Assembly: GCA_038065475.1 (NCBI GenBank)
Contig: JBBTQY010000010.1
Span: 72,415 to 134,491, forward strand
From: Patescibacteria group bacterium
GTDB lineage: Bacteria; Patescibacteriota; Minisyncoccia; Ryanbacterales; GWA2-47-10b
Reading direction: 5' to 3'
DNA: 62,077 nucleotides
The translations under genes were made by a program, and so were the position numbers. Shown here in pieces: positions 19,229-29,489 of the stretch. A model generated the notes under the pieces. That model searched no databases and was not told where the DNA came from. It worked only from the letters and a program-made list of their open reading frames with translations. Positions within the stretch are counted from its first letter, which is position 1; each line of letters opens with the position of its first letter.

Positions 19229-19653
19229 AAATTCGCATTCGCCGTATCGATAAATCATTGCCGCTTCCTGCTTATCACACGGGTGGCGCGGTTGCGTTTG
19301 ATCTTGCCGCACGCGAGACGACTGTTATCGAGTCACACTCGATCGGATTCATTCCACTCAATGTGGCTATTCAAATTCCCGAGGGTCACATGGTGTTGCT
19401 CGCACCTCGCTCATCAACACCCAAACGCGGCATCTTTTTTGCTAACAGCGTAGGTATTATGGACCGCGACTATTGTGGGAATAACGATGAATACAAAGCT
19501 TTTGTTTATAATTATACCGAGGCGCCGGTGACTATTGAGCGCGGTGAGCGCATTGCGCAGGGCATTGTGCTCAAAACCGATGCTGTGGAGTTCGAAGAAG
19601 TCGATGATCTTGGTGTACCTGATCGTGGAGGCTTCGGTACCACGGGGCTCTAG
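19225..19653 (+). CDS. dut: dUTP diphosphatase
   Basis: 142 aa with the motifs AVAFDLAA, APRSS, GIMDRDYCG and a C-terminal RGGFGTTG. ATGA overlap with the upstream gene. Confidence 0.87.
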   Translation: MKIRIRRIDKSLPLPAYHTGGAVAFDLAARETTVIESHSIGFIPLNVAIQIPEGHMVLLAPRSSTPKRGIFFANSVGIMDRDYCGNNDEYKAFVYNYTEAPVTIERGERIAQGIVLKTDAVEFEEVDDLGVPDRGGFGTTGL

Positions 19654-19721
19654 CTGTGGAAATGATCGATTGACTTTGGAGATATTTCTAACAAAATAAA
19701 AGATACTAGGAATCTAAAACT

Positions 19722-20207
19722 ATGAATAAGCTTTTTGTAGGTATTATCATTATCGCGCTTGTCGGTATCGGCGGGTTCGTTTTATTTCCAGGAGGGCAAG
19801 ATGCCCTAGCCCCCGAATCGCCCAATAATAGCGACGAGGTGATGGATAAAAAAGCAGATAGCACAACAACAGGAGAAGAGAGCGTAATGGTTAAAGAGAC
19901 TGTCATTAAAATCACTAAAGATGGTTTTATGCCAAACCAGGTGACAATCAAGACTGGCGAGCGAATACGATTCCAAAACGAAAGCGGCGCTGGCAGCTGG
20001 CCCGCATCAGCTATGCATCCGACACATACCGTTTATCCGGGCTCAAATATCACTAAGTGCAATACCACTGACGAGCCAAATATTTTTGACGCATGCCGCG
20101 AGTTAGCCGATGGCGAATCGTGGTCATTTGCATTTAAAGAGAAGGGCGCTTGGAAGTATCATGATCATGTGGTGAACGGCCGTTATGGCGGCATCACGGT
20201 AGAATAA
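19722..20207 (+). CDS. Membrane-anchored cupredoxin-like protein
   Basis: An N-terminal TM helix is followed by a beta-sandwich-like segment (KDGFMPNQVTIKTGERIRFQNES...HPTH...YHDH). Confidence 0.6.
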   Translation: MNKLFVGIIIIALVGIGGFVLFPGGQDALAPESPNNSDEVMDKKADSTTTGEESVMVKETVIKITKDGFMPNQVTIKTGERIRFQNESGAGSWPASAMHPTHTVYPGSNITKCNTTDEPNIFDACRELADGESWSFAFKEKGAWKYHDHVVNGRYGGITVE

Positions 20208-20227
20208 AGCGATAAAGTCTTTCTTTC

Positions 20228-20256
20228 AAAAACCCTCTGGTACCCAGAGGGTTTTT
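20228..20256 (+). terminator. Intrinsic terminator
   Basis: AACCCTCTGG-TAC-CCAGAGGGTT followed by TTTT. Confidence 0.8.
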
Positions 20257-20271
20257 GGGTATAATAAAGAA

Positions 20272-21537
20272 ATGCTCGACATCAAGTTTATCCGTGAAAA
20301 TCCAGGGCTTTTGCGCGATGCTGCACGCAAAAAACATATCCCTTTTGATGTGGAAAAATTACTCGAAGCTGATCGCACTAGGCGCGAGCGGCAAGTTGAT
20401 GTTGATGCGCGTCGTGCCCGGCTCAATGCAACCTCTGAAGATATTGGCCGCATGGACGATGCCGATGCAAAGCAAAAGCTCATCGAGGAAATGCGCGAGC
20501 TCAAACGCGACCTTGCAGATAAAGAAAAAGCATTTGCCGATGCCGATGCTGAGTTTCAAAATCTCATGTATCAGGCGCCCAATATTCCCGATCCTTCCGT
20601 GCCCGATGGTGCGTCTGATGCTGATAACAAAGAGATAAGGCGTTGGGGTACGCCGCCAGCGTTTTCTTTTGCACCAAAAGATCATGTTACCTTATTGCAT
20701 AATTTAGATCTTGCAGACTTTGACAACGGCATTAAGGTTGCCGGATTTCGAGGATATTTTCTCAAGCGCGAGGCGGTACTACTTGAGATTGCTCTTTGGC
20801 AGTTTGCGATGCGTGAGCTCTCAGGTAAGGGTTATATACCGATTACTGCACCTTCGCTCGTGCGTGAAGAAAATTTTACTGGCACGGGATATTTTCCGCA
20901 GGGTAAGGAAGATGTATACCAGACACAAGACAACACCTACTTGGTCGGCACTGCTGAGGTTTCGGTCATGGGCATGCTTCGTGATGAAACACTCGCCGAG
21001 AGTGAATTGCCCAGAAAAATGGTTGCCATATCGCCCTGTTTTCGAAGAGAGGCTGGAAGTCATGGAAAAGATACCAAGGGCCTTTATCGTGTACATGAAT
21101 TTCGTAAAGTTGAGCAGGTGATTGTCTGCAAGGCCGATCATATGGAATCAGTTCAGTTACACGAAGAATTGCTAGCAAACTCAGAAGAGCTTTTGCAAAA
21201 ACTTGGGCTTCACTATCGCGTAGTGCTCAATTGTGGCGCCGACATTGGTCTTGGCCAGGTTAAAAAATATGATATCGAGACGTGGATTCCATCACAAGAA
21301 AAATTCGGTGAGACTCATTCAGCGTCCTATTTTCATGATTTCCAAACGCGTCGTCTCAATCTCAAATATCGTGATGCTGAGGGCGTGACACGTTTTGCTC
21401 ATTCGCTCAATAATACTGCGGTGGCAACTCCGCGCATTCTTATTAGTCTTCTCGAACAGAATCAGCAAGCTGACGGATCAATCCGCATACCCGAAGTGCT
21501 TCAGCCGTATATCGGCATCGATGTCATCAGGCGCTGA
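20272..21537 (+). CDS. serS: Serine--tRNA ligase
   Basis: N-terminal coiled-coil arm and class II core motifs (FRREAGSHGKDTKGLYRVHEF, GETHSASYFHDFQTRRL, LNNTAVATPR). Confidence 0.96.
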   Translation: MLDIKFIRENPGLLRDAARKKHIPFDVEKLLEADRTRRERQVDVDARRARLNATSEDIGRMDDADAKQKLIEEMRELKRDLADKEKAFADADAEFQNLMYQAPNIPDPSVPDGASDADNKEIRRWGTPPAFSFAPKDHVTLLHNLDLADFDNGIKVAGFRGYFLKREAVLLEIALWQFAMRELSGKGYIPITAPSLVREENFTGTGYFPQGKEDVYQTQDNTYLVGTAEVSVMGMLRDETLAESELPRKMVAISPCFRREAGSHGKDTKGLYRVHEFRKVEQVIVCKADHMESVQLHEELLANSEELLQKLGLHYRVVLNCGADIGLGQVKKYDIETWIPSQEKFGETHSASYFHDFQTRRLNLKYRDAEGVTRFAHSLNNTAVATPRILISLLEQNQQADGSIRIPEVLQPYIGIDVIRR

Positions 21538-22352
21538 TGGCCAATACCAGAAAAAACTATATTGAATCGCAGAAAAAAAAGCGGCACAAAGCTCGCGTGC
21601 GTCGCCTTACTATTACGGTAATTGCGGGTGTAGTGTGTCTGGTGGGTACGGGGGCCTATCTATTTTCAAACAGATTTCATATCGTTGATGTTTCCCTTGA
21701 GGGCGTTGCTCGTACGTCGCGCGAAGATGTAGATTTGTATCTTGCCGAATGGTTGGGGCAGAAAAAATGGGGGATCATCCCCGTACGTTCCTACTGGTTG
21801 TTATCACGTAGTGATTTATCACAGGGGCTTGCGTCAGCCTTCCCTACTATTGAACATGCAGAAGTTGTAAAAGAATTTCCTCATGCGCTTAAAGTCTCTG
21901 TCAAAGAGTATGCAGGTTGGGGTGTATTGTGTCGCACCAATGCCGACGAATGTTTCTGGATTGACCGGGCAGGCGTTGCATTTGAGCCGGCACCTGCGGG
22001 GTTTTCGGGCATTATTGTCCCCAAAATTACTGATGAGCGTGATCGTACGGTCGTATTTCGAGAGCAGCAGCTCTCGGGCGAGATGATGCGGCTCATCACT
22101 TTTTTCAATGAACGAGCGCCACAAGATCCTCGTATTCAAAGTGTTGAGTTTACTATTGCACGTACTGACGAGACAATCAGAGTTAAAACGCGTGCTGGGT
22201 GGGAAATCTTAATGCTTGAGAAAACCGATCCCGGGTATGTGTGGCAAAATCTCGAGACCGCACTTGCAGGCGAGATCAAAGATGATATCTCGCGCCTCGA
22301 ATACGTTGATCTTCGTTTCGGTAATAAGATTTTTTATAAATTTCGAGAATAG
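21537..22352 (+). CDS. FtsQ/DivIB-like cell-division protein (TM + POTRA)
   Basis: Basic N-terminus, a single TM helix, then a POTRA-like segment (IVDVSLEGVARTSREDV). Confidence 0.7.
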   Translation: MANTRKNYIESQKKKRHKARVRRLTITVIAGVVCLVGTGAYLFSNRFHIVDVSLEGVARTSREDVDLYLAEWLGQKKWGIIPVRSYWLLSRSDLSQGLASAFPTIEHAEVVKEFPHALKVSVKEYAGWGVLCRTNADECFWIDRAGVAFEPAPAGFSGIIVPKITDERDRTVVFREQQLSGEMMRLITFFNERAPQDPRIQSVEFTIARTDETIRVKTRAGWEILMLEKTDPGYVWQNLETALAGEIKDDISRLEYVDLRFGNKIFYKFRE

Positions 22353-22356
22353 TTCT

Positions 22357-24177
22357 CTACGGCATTCGATAGAGAAAGATTGATGTGCCAGCGCGGTCAA
22401 ACGGTTTGAGATCGCGCAACCACGGGTAGCTGTCTTTCGGATCGCCTGAAGGAAATCCTTTGGTAGGGATGGCCCAGGTACCTGCAAGCTGGTTGATCGA
22501 GATCGCAAAAATTGATCCTGACGGTGGCGCGCCAAAGCTTGAATACCACGGGGCAAATTGGTCGCCGAGCCAATAGCGTTGGGCTGCGTCACCGGCAGCA
22601 GACCCGCCAAAATAATGGAGATATATTTTTTCGTTGGGATTTTGCCGGGCGATATCACGAAGCCTTTTGAGATCTTGGCCCCAGTCATAATTTGAGTCGG
22701 TGGCATAATACCAGCCGTTGTGCGTGCCACCCGCAAGCTCGTTGTAGTATGAGAGATAATGCGGCCACGAGCTTACGGTCGCAGCTCCCATCCACACAAG
22801 CAAGAGGACGGTAAAAAATATTTTCGGTAGTGGTTTGATCAGTGATTGATAGACGAGCGAAAGCTTATTTTTTGCAATGACCGTTCCAGGTGCAATCCAC
22901 ATCGCCAATTGGCGCGCTGTCAGCATATAGATAAAGGGAAAGGTGGGCAGCACGTGACGCACGCCGATATTGAGCGGATTGGTGACTGATGAGAGCCAGT
23001 AGAATACTACAAAAAAGACGCTGGCAAAAACAGCAAAATGTTTTTGTATCCATACGCGTACAGCTTCCAATGATTTTTTCTCGGCACGCCTGATACGTAG
23101 GCATGCAAGCCCCAATGCCAAAAATGAAAAGATGTGAAGTGCCACAGTCTCTTTTAGGAAGTAAACAGTAGGGAAGTATGATACCCAACCTGCCGACGAT
23201 ACCTCGCCCCAGAAATATGCGCTGTTACCGCCCGCGGTTCGTTGCGTCACCATCATGACGCCCAAGAGATATTGCCCCAGAGGGCGCGTGGCCTTATGCT
23301 CGATGAGCCAAAAATCAAGCTTTGCAAATGCTTGTGGCCTAAAGGTGCTCACCAAAGTTTGCGCGTCACGTAGCTGGCGTTCTTGTGGGTAGTTCCAGAT
23401 GTGCCAGAGGTATACGGTCCAGATGACCGCAGCACCTATGACAAATGCGCACCCAATTTTGAGATAGAGTTTGAATGCGCTTCCGAGAAAATCTTTGATG
23501 CGCTCGTGGCGGTTAACCACAAGCCATACACCCGCAAGGATGATATAGATCGGTATTAAAAGAAAAAGAGAAAATTTAAGTGACTGTGCAATACCAAAGA
23601 CAATGCCAAGTACCACGATACGTCGCGTAGAAGGTTTTTTGAGAAACCATACAAACACCGCGATGCCTACCAAAAATCCTAGGCTTGCGGCAATGTCAGT
23701 GGTGACGTAGCGCGAATGTGCGATAACGGTGGGCGAGAGCGCCCAGAAAAAAGTGGCAAGAAGTGCGGCGATACTACCAAACTGTCGCTCTGTCCACCAA
23801 AAAAGAAAGATACCCGCCAAAAGTGCCAGTATCATGATGGGCAAACGCGAGAGGTGTAATATCAGATCCGCATCATTGCCGAACGAAAAGATAAACTCAC
23901 CGCCCTGGTCCCATTGGCCGTTGACGGCAGTCTCCCATGCGTTGGTAGTGAGTGGAAATTTGAGATCAAAAAACGCCAGTGGCAAACCTGCCAAGTCTTT
24001 AACGAGTGGGGGGTGTTCAGGATTGAGGCGCATGTCACCCTGTGTCACATATGAGTATCCAGCACCGATGTGAGCGGTCTCATCAAAAATTGCCGATTCA
24101 TTCCACGATGAGGTAAGTGCAAGGACAAACATGAGCGCCAAGAGTATGCCCGCGATGATACGAGGTTGTTTTTTCAT
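22357..24177 (-). CDS. GT39/PMT-like polyprenyl-phosphate-dependent glycosyltransferase
   Basis: 606 aa, polytopic. It has the DE-type loop FDETAH and EHPPLVK. Confidence 0.85.
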   Translation of the reverse strand: MKKQPRIIAGILLALMFVLALTSSWNESAIFDETAHIGAGYSYVTQGDMRLNPEHPPLVKDLAGLPLAFFDLKFPLTTNAWETAVNGQWDQGGEFIFSFGNDADLILHLSRLPIMILALLAGIFLFWWTERQFGSIAALLATFFWALSPTVIAHSRYVTTDIAASLGFLVGIAVFVWFLKKPSTRRIVVLGIVFGIAQSLKFSLFLLIPIYIILAGVWLVVNRHERIKDFLGSAFKLYLKIGCAFVIGAAVIWTVYLWHIWNYPQERQLRDAQTLVSTFRPQAFAKLDFWLIEHKATRPLGQYLLGVMMVTQRTAGGNSAYFWGEVSSAGWVSYFPTVYFLKETVALHIFSFLALGLACLRIRRAEKKSLEAVRVWIQKHFAVFASVFFVVFYWLSSVTNPLNIGVRHVLPTFPFIYMLTARQLAMWIAPGTVIAKNKLSLVYQSLIKPLPKIFFTVLLLVWMGAATVSSWPHYLSYYNELAGGTHNGWYYATDSNYDWGQDLKRLRDIARQNPNEKIYLHYFGGSAAGDAAQRYWLGDQFAPWYSSFGAPPSGSIFAISINQLAGTWAIPTKGFPSGDPKDSYPWLRDLKPFDRAGTSIFLYRMP

Positions 24178-24180
24178 ATG

Positions 24181-25749
24181 TTATTCAAATTGAGGCCGTG
24201 CTGGTTCGGCGATCAATACCGATCCATGTCGCACAGGACGCAAATTGGGGAAGCGAGAGCGAACGGCGTCGAGTACGCGTTCCTCGTTTCCGATAGGGAT
24301 AATCATGCAATCGATTGTGCAGTTGATGGAGTCTATGTCACGCAAGGTGTAGTAAAAAATATTTCGTGTGCCAGGTGGTTCGGGTAGATAGGTCTCCGAC
24401 GCATAGAGTATTGGCTGAAGCGCCATGGGGCGACCCGTGCGATCAATAGTATCTACCTCATCGGTAATGACGTACTTGGGAATGTCGTCGCGCGCATTTT
24501 TGAGAAATACACCAATATCATAAAGATTACCGCCAAATGCTGCGCGTACCTCAGGTTGGGGCCCCCACTCGCGAAAGTACATATTGTAGGTGCGGATTCC
24601 CCCAAGTAGCAATATCAGTATTGCTACCATGCGTGCATAGTCAGGGTGGACCATCCGTGCTGACCAGCGCCACAACGCATCAAAACCGATTGCGGCAAAA
24701 ATAATAACCGGCGGGATCATGATAATGGCACGAAGTGCATGTGGCAGGCCTTCTGATGAGATAGCAACTGGCAGGAGCATGGTAAAGAACCACAAAAAGA
24801 GTGCCCAATATTTTTTGCGCCAGCTTTCCCAAAGACCTACGGTAAATGCGATGGCAATGGGCCACCAAAGTGACGGGGCGCCTGCAAGGTTGTGTCGCCA
24901 GTTAAAGTCGCCTGCAAAATAGAGCATTTGTATTGAAAGCGCCGTATTTTTTGCAAACGCGACAAGTGGGTTGTCGCTCGAAAAAACGGAGATCTGTGAT
25001 GTGCGGCCAAAGAAATCTTGCGGGCGTTCCAAGAAATACCATCCGAGCGGTGCGCCCGCAACAAACACGAAGAGCAAAAAGAGCATAGGTACACAAAGGA
25101 CGCAGTGTGATCGTTCTTCTCGTGCGCTTTTCAAAAAGAGCCACAGAGGCGGGATAAGGAGTAATACCGACGCACGATAGGCGATGTAGGAATGAAACCC
25201 AAGCCCAAAGAGAAGTCCGCCTATGGCTGCGGCAACAAGTACAAGATCGTGCCGACGCGCATTGCGCTTGACCCATACTTCATAGAGCAGCCCCAGGCCC
25301 ACAGTCAGGAAAAATGGCGCCATGATCGCGCGAAATCCAATACGCGAAAACATAAGATGCCAAAAACTCGTAGCAAGGAGTGCGGCACCTATGAGCGCGA
25401 TACGCGTGTCGCGCGTGTAGGCGCGTATAAAAAGATAGATAGCAGCGATGGTTGCGATACCAAAAAGGGCGCTCATGAGCCGCAACGCAAATGAGGTGTG
25501 ACCAAAGATACTAACTGAGACGGCTTGCAGGTTGATAAAAAATGCTTCGCGCCCGTTGTTCTCAGGATAAAACAGTTTAAATTCACCCGTACGCAGCGCT
25601 TCGTGTGCGTTGTTGCCGTTCATGGCTTCATCGGGGAAGAGGCCGGGAGGGTATTCTGACAATTGAGAAAGACGCAAAAAAGCGCCAACGAGTAGGATAC
25701 CTGCAAGAATTGCCCAGCGTTGTTTGAAATTCACCTTTTTATTATACAA
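24181..25749 (-). CDS. GT39/ArnT-like glycosyltransferase (tandem paralog)
   Basis: 522 aa, polytopic. It has the loop PDEAMNGNNAHE. Confidence 0.85.
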   Translation of the reverse strand: MYNKKVNFKQRWAILAGILLVGAFLRLSQLSEYPPGLFPDEAMNGNNAHEALRTGEFKLFYPENNGREAFFINLQAVSVSIFGHTSFALRLMSALFGIATIAAIYLFIRAYTRDTRIALIGAALLATSFWHLMFSRIGFRAIMAPFFLTVGLGLLYEVWVKRNARRHDLVLVAAAIGGLLFGLGFHSYIAYRASVLLLIPPLWLFLKSAREERSHCVLCVPMLFLLFVFVAGAPLGWYFLERPQDFFGRTSQISVFSSDNPLVAFAKNTALSIQMLYFAGDFNWRHNLAGAPSLWWPIAIAFTVGLWESWRKKYWALFLWFFTMLLPVAISSEGLPHALRAIIMIPPVIIFAAIGFDALWRWSARMVHPDYARMVAILILLLGGIRTYNMYFREWGPQPEVRAAFGGNLYDIGVFLKNARDDIPKYVITDEVDTIDRTGRPMALQPILYASETYLPEPPGTRNIFYYTLRDIDSINCTIDCMIIPIGNEERVLDAVRSRFPNLRPVRHGSVLIAEPARPQFE

Positions 25750-25760
25750 CGTGTGCGCTT

Positions 25761-26138
25761 GTGTATGCTATACTTAAAACCATGGAAGGTGAGACAAAGT
25801 TTTCCACTCCCGAAGAAGAAATCCGCTATCTCGAAGGGCGTATTGCCGAGAAAAAGCGTGAGATGACTGGGGCCGCCCCGCGCGACGCTGTTAGCGAGGT
25901 TATGCGCGAACACGCCTCTCAGGCTCCCGCGCCCGCAACTCCCGCCCCTCAATCCGTGCCCGCCCAACCTCCCGAAGACGAACTTTCGCGGAGCGTAACT
26001 CTTTTGGTAGACGAAGCTCTTTCAAAGGGAGTTCTCGACACCATCACGCGTGTACGCCAAACACACAACCCGTATCTTATCGATGCATTTCATGATGCGC
26101 TCGTAGAGCGCTTTATCGCAGGCGTCAGGGGCACATAA
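25761..26138 (+). CDS. Hypothetical protein
   Basis: 125 aa with a coiled-coil N-terminus and a Pro/Ala-rich middle. I recognised no family motif. Confidence 0.5.
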   Translation: MYAILKTMEGETKFSTPEEEIRYLEGRIAEKKREMTGAAPRDAVSEVMREHASQAPAPATPAPQSVPAQPPEDELSRSVTLLVDEALSKGVLDTITRVRQTHNPYLIDAFHDALVERFIAGVRGT

Positions 26139-26144
26139 GTTTTC

Positions 26145-28580
26145 ATGGATCCGCTTCTTGTAGGTATCATTGCGGCGGCAGTCGGACTCGTACTCATAGC
26201 TGCGTTGCTTTTTTATTTTTTGGTGATGCGTCCGCGTCGTGATGCGGAAGTTTCAGGCGCGCTCGATATGGTGCTCTACCAAGTGTTGATCCCGCACGAT
26301 GAAAACCCGCCCGCAGGTGAGGCAAAAAAGAAAGAACCAAAAGACATTATGGTCGCCCAAGAGCAGCTTTATGCGTCGCTTGCCGCGATCAAGACGAGCG
26401 GACTTCACCATATGCGCTTTGGTAGCCCCTCGATTACTTTTGAGGCAGCACTCCCGCATATCGGCGAAGAAGTTATTTTTTATGTAGCGGTACCGCGCTT
26501 CGCATCCCAATTTTTTGCCAACCAGCTCAATGCGTTTTTTCCCTCCGCAAAAATAAGCGAATCAAAAGATTATAATATTTTTCATCCAACGGGGACGAGC
26601 GTCGGTTCAACCGCCGTACTCAGTAAACACCCGCTTTTGTCGCTACGCACCTACAACGAGCTTGGTTCTGATCCGCTCGAGATTATTACAGGCGCATTTG
26701 CCAAGCTCAAAAAAGAAGGCGACGGCGCAGCCCTCCAAGTTGTCATACGGCCAGCGCGCGCCCCTCTCTATCAAAAGGGCAATGAAATCGCGCGTAAGAT
26801 GCGGTCCGGTGTTTCTTTTAAAGATGCCTTGGGAGGTCTTGGTAAAGAATTGCAAGATGCGGTGGCGACTGCAGGGGCAAAGCCCAAAGATGATAAAAAA
26901 CTTGAACAAAAACCAAAGGCGATTGATGAAGAGCTCGCAAAGCAGATTGAGACCAAAGCATCGCAGCCGGCTTTTGATGTGGTGATTCGTATCGTGGCGT
27001 CAGCGGCGACACCCACTGATGCTACTACTATTATGATGGGGCTTGAGGCTGCTTTTGAGCAGTTTAACAATCCGCAAGGCAATCAGCTCGCTTTTAGACG
27101 TATGGGCGGCAAAGCACTCGAAGACTTGCTCTACAGATTTTCTTTCCGTATGTTTGGCGAGTCTGAGAAAATGTATCTTTCGTCATCAGAGCTTGCGAGC
27201 CTTTTTCATCTGCCGTATTCAGGGTTTGCACAACCCAATGTTATGTATTTGAAGTCGCGCGAAGCGCCGCCTCCTACCAATTTGCCCGCGTCAGGCTTGC
27301 TGCTTGGCGATAGCGTATTTCGTGGCGAGTTGCGGCCAGTCCATATGGCTGATGACGATCGCAGACGTCATATGTATGTCATCGGTCAGACCGGCACCGG
27401 TAAATCAACTTTTCTCAAAGAGCTTGCACGTCAAGATATTTTGGCAGGCCGCGGTATTTGTTTTATCGATCCACATGGATCTGATGTTGAATCGCTTCTC
27501 GAATCAATCCCGCCTGAGCGTGAGCATGATGTGATTTATTTCAATCCGGGTGACATCGAGCGGCCCATGGGACTTAACTTTTTGGAGTACGATACGCGCT
27601 TCCCCGAGCAAAAATCTTTGATTGTTAACGAGCTCTTGGATATTTTCAATAAACTCTACGATATGAAGACGGCGGGTGGACCTATGTTTGAGCAATATTT
27701 CCGCAATGCGACCATGTTGGTTATGGAAGATCCGCAGTCAGGCAATACCTTGATGGAGGTAGGTCGCGTACTCGTCGACAAAGAGTTTCGTGATTACAAG
27801 CTTTCACGCTCGTCCAATATCGTGGTCAATAGTTTCTGGCAAAAGATAGCCGAGAAGGCAGGAGGCGAGTCAAGTCTTGCCAACATGGTGCCGTACATCA
27901 CTTCAAAGTTTGATACTTTTTTATCTAACGATATTATGCGCCCCATCATCGCCCAAGAAAAAAGCGCATTTAGTTTCCGTGAGGCTATGGATACGCAAAA
28001 GATCTTGCTCATCAATCTTTCCAAAGGACGCCTGGGCGAGCTCAACTCGTCACTCTTGGGGCTTATTATCGTAGGGCGCATATTGATCGCGGCACTCTCG
28101 CGTGTGGATATTGCCGATGAATCGGCGCGCAAAGATTTCTTTTGTTATATCGATGAGTTTCAAAATGTCACCACCAAGTCAATTTCCACCATTTTATCGG
28201 AAGCCCGCAAGTATCGGCTTTCACTCATTGTGGCGCATCAGTTTTTGGGGCAGTTAGAGGACGATATTAAAAAAGCCGTATTTGGTAACGTAGGCAGCAT
28301 GGTGTCATTTCGCGTCGGATCTGAAGACGGCGAATTTTTGGAAAAACAGTTTTCCCCAGTATTTACCGCACGCGATCTTATCAATATTGATAACCGAAAT
28401 GCCTATGTTAAGATGCTCATAGGCGGTCAGACCGCACGTGCGTTCAATATGCAGATGAAAGCTCCGCACAAAGGTGACTCTCTACAAAAAGAAAAAGTTA
28501 TCGGCATCTCACGTATTACTTACGGCCGTCCGCGCATCGAAGTGGAGGCAGAAATAAAACAACGCTACAAACATGCTTAA
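26145..28580 (+). CDS. Membrane-anchored TraD/TrwB/VirD4-like (type IV coupling protein-like) P-loop ATPase
   Basis: N-terminal TM helix and about 380 aa of unknown sequence. Then Walker A GQTGTGKST, FIDPHGS, Walker B CYIDEFQNV and LIVAHQFLGQL. Confidence 0.75.
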   Translation: MDPLLVGIIAAAVGLVLIAALLFYFLVMRPRRDAEVSGALDMVLYQVLIPHDENPPAGEAKKKEPKDIMVAQEQLYASLAAIKTSGLHHMRFGSPSITFEAALPHIGEEVIFYVAVPRFASQFFANQLNAFFPSAKISESKDYNIFHPTGTSVGSTAVLSKHPLLSLRTYNELGSDPLEIITGAFAKLKKEGDGAALQVVIRPARAPLYQKGNEIARKMRSGVSFKDALGGLGKELQDAVATAGAKPKDDKKLEQKPKAIDEELAKQIETKASQPAFDVVIRIVASAATPTDATTIMMGLEAAFEQFNNPQGNQLAFRRMGGKALEDLLYRFSFRMFGESEKMYLSSSELASLFHLPYSGFAQPNVMYLKSREAPPPTNLPASGLLLGDSVFRGELRPVHMADDDRRRHMYVIGQTGTGKSTFLKELARQDILAGRGICFIDPHGSDVESLLESIPPEREHDVIYFNPGDIERPMGLNFLEYDTRFPEQKSLIVNELLDIFNKLYDMKTAGGPMFEQYFRNATMLVMEDPQSGNTLMEVGRVLVDKEFRDYKLSRSSNIVVNSFWQKIAEKAGGESSLANMVPYITSKFDTFLSNDIMRPIIAQEKSAFSFREAMDTQKILLINLSKGRLGELNSSLLGLIIVGRILIAALSRVDIADESARKDFFCYIDEFQNVTTKSISTILSEARKYRLSLIVAHQFLGQLEDDIKKAVFGNVGSMVSFRVGSEDGEFLEKQFSPVFTARDLINIDNRNAYVKMLIGGQTARAFNMQMKAPHKGDSLQKEKVIGISRITYGRPRIEVEAEIKQRYKHA

Positions 28581-29160
28581 AAAAGATTACATTTACGCAG
28601 GGATTATCGGGCTTATCACCGCAGTCTTCGTCAGTATTCTTTTGCCTGATTCGTTTCCCATTCCCAAGTGGACGCTTTTTGTCATTCTGCCGATAGGTGA
28701 GTATGTCGGATACGTGCTTGCCTCAAGCTTGTTTTCGCATATTCTTTTCCTCAAGCAATTGGGGCGCTTTGGTATTGTAGGTCTCATGAATTTTTCGGTT
28801 GATACTGGTATCGCCATTATGCTACGAAGGTATTTTGAGATACCGGCAGAAAGCTATCAGATGCTGCCACTTTTTACCATTTCATTTGTCATCGCGGTGA
28901 CCAATAGTTATTTCTGGCAGCGCATTTGGACCTTTGCTGAAAAAGATCCGCCCACTCGTCGCGAATTTATCAAGTTTCTCGTTGTCACACTCATCGGCAT
29001 GGGTATCAATACGCTCGTGGCTTTTGCGACCATTCAAGGCATCTCAAGTCTTAACGGCTTTGATGATGATATGTTGATCACAATCTCAAAAATAGCTGCG
29101 ACCGCTATCTCGCTTTTCTGGAACTTCCTCGGATACAAATTTATTGTATTTCGTGAGTAA
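28573..29160 (+). CDS. GtrA-family membrane protein
   Basis: Four TM helices and the GtrA signature region (FGIVGLMNFSVDTGI ... NSYFWQRIWTF). Confidence 0.8.
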   Translation: MLKKDYIYAGIIGLITAVFVSILLPDSFPIPKWTLFVILPIGEYVGYVLASSLFSHILFLKQLGRFGIVGLMNFSVDTGIAIMLRRYFEIPAESYQMLPLFTISFVIAVTNSYFWQRIWTFAEKDPPTRREFIKFLVVTLIGMGINTLVAFATIQGISSLNGFDDDMLITISKIAATAISLFWNFLGYKFIVFRE

Positions 29161-29449
29161 GCTTTTTATCTGGGTATTATTTCTCGTCACTCTCGGGTCC
29201 GTCGGGTGGTATTGGTATGACCGGCAACCAAAATCATATACGGTACTTGTGCCGCTTTCTACCGCAAACAAAGATCTTTATTTCCCCGAGGACGCCTGTG
29301 AGCCGGTGCGTCAAAAGGCTGACAATGAGCGCATAGGGCAGATTTGTGAACTTGCAGGCGTCAGGCGTATCAATACAGAGGACATTGAGGTGGATGTTTT
29401 TTGTAAAACTCCTGGCGGCTGTTTTATCTGCAAGATAAGCTGCAAATAG
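29144..29449 (+). CDS. Small membrane-anchored Cys-rich protein
   Basis: 101 aa with one N-terminal TM helix and 6 Cys including a C-terminal CFICKISCK. It overlaps the gtrA end by 17 nt. Confidence 0.45.
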   Translation: MYFVSKLFIWVLFLVTLGSVGWYWYDRQPKSYTVLVPLSTANKDLYFPEDACEPVRQKADNERIGQICELAGVRRINTEDIEVDVFCKTPGGCFICKISCK

Positions 29450-29489
29450 TTGGCTGGATAGGCGTCGTCTTTCCTGATAAGCTTCTGAT

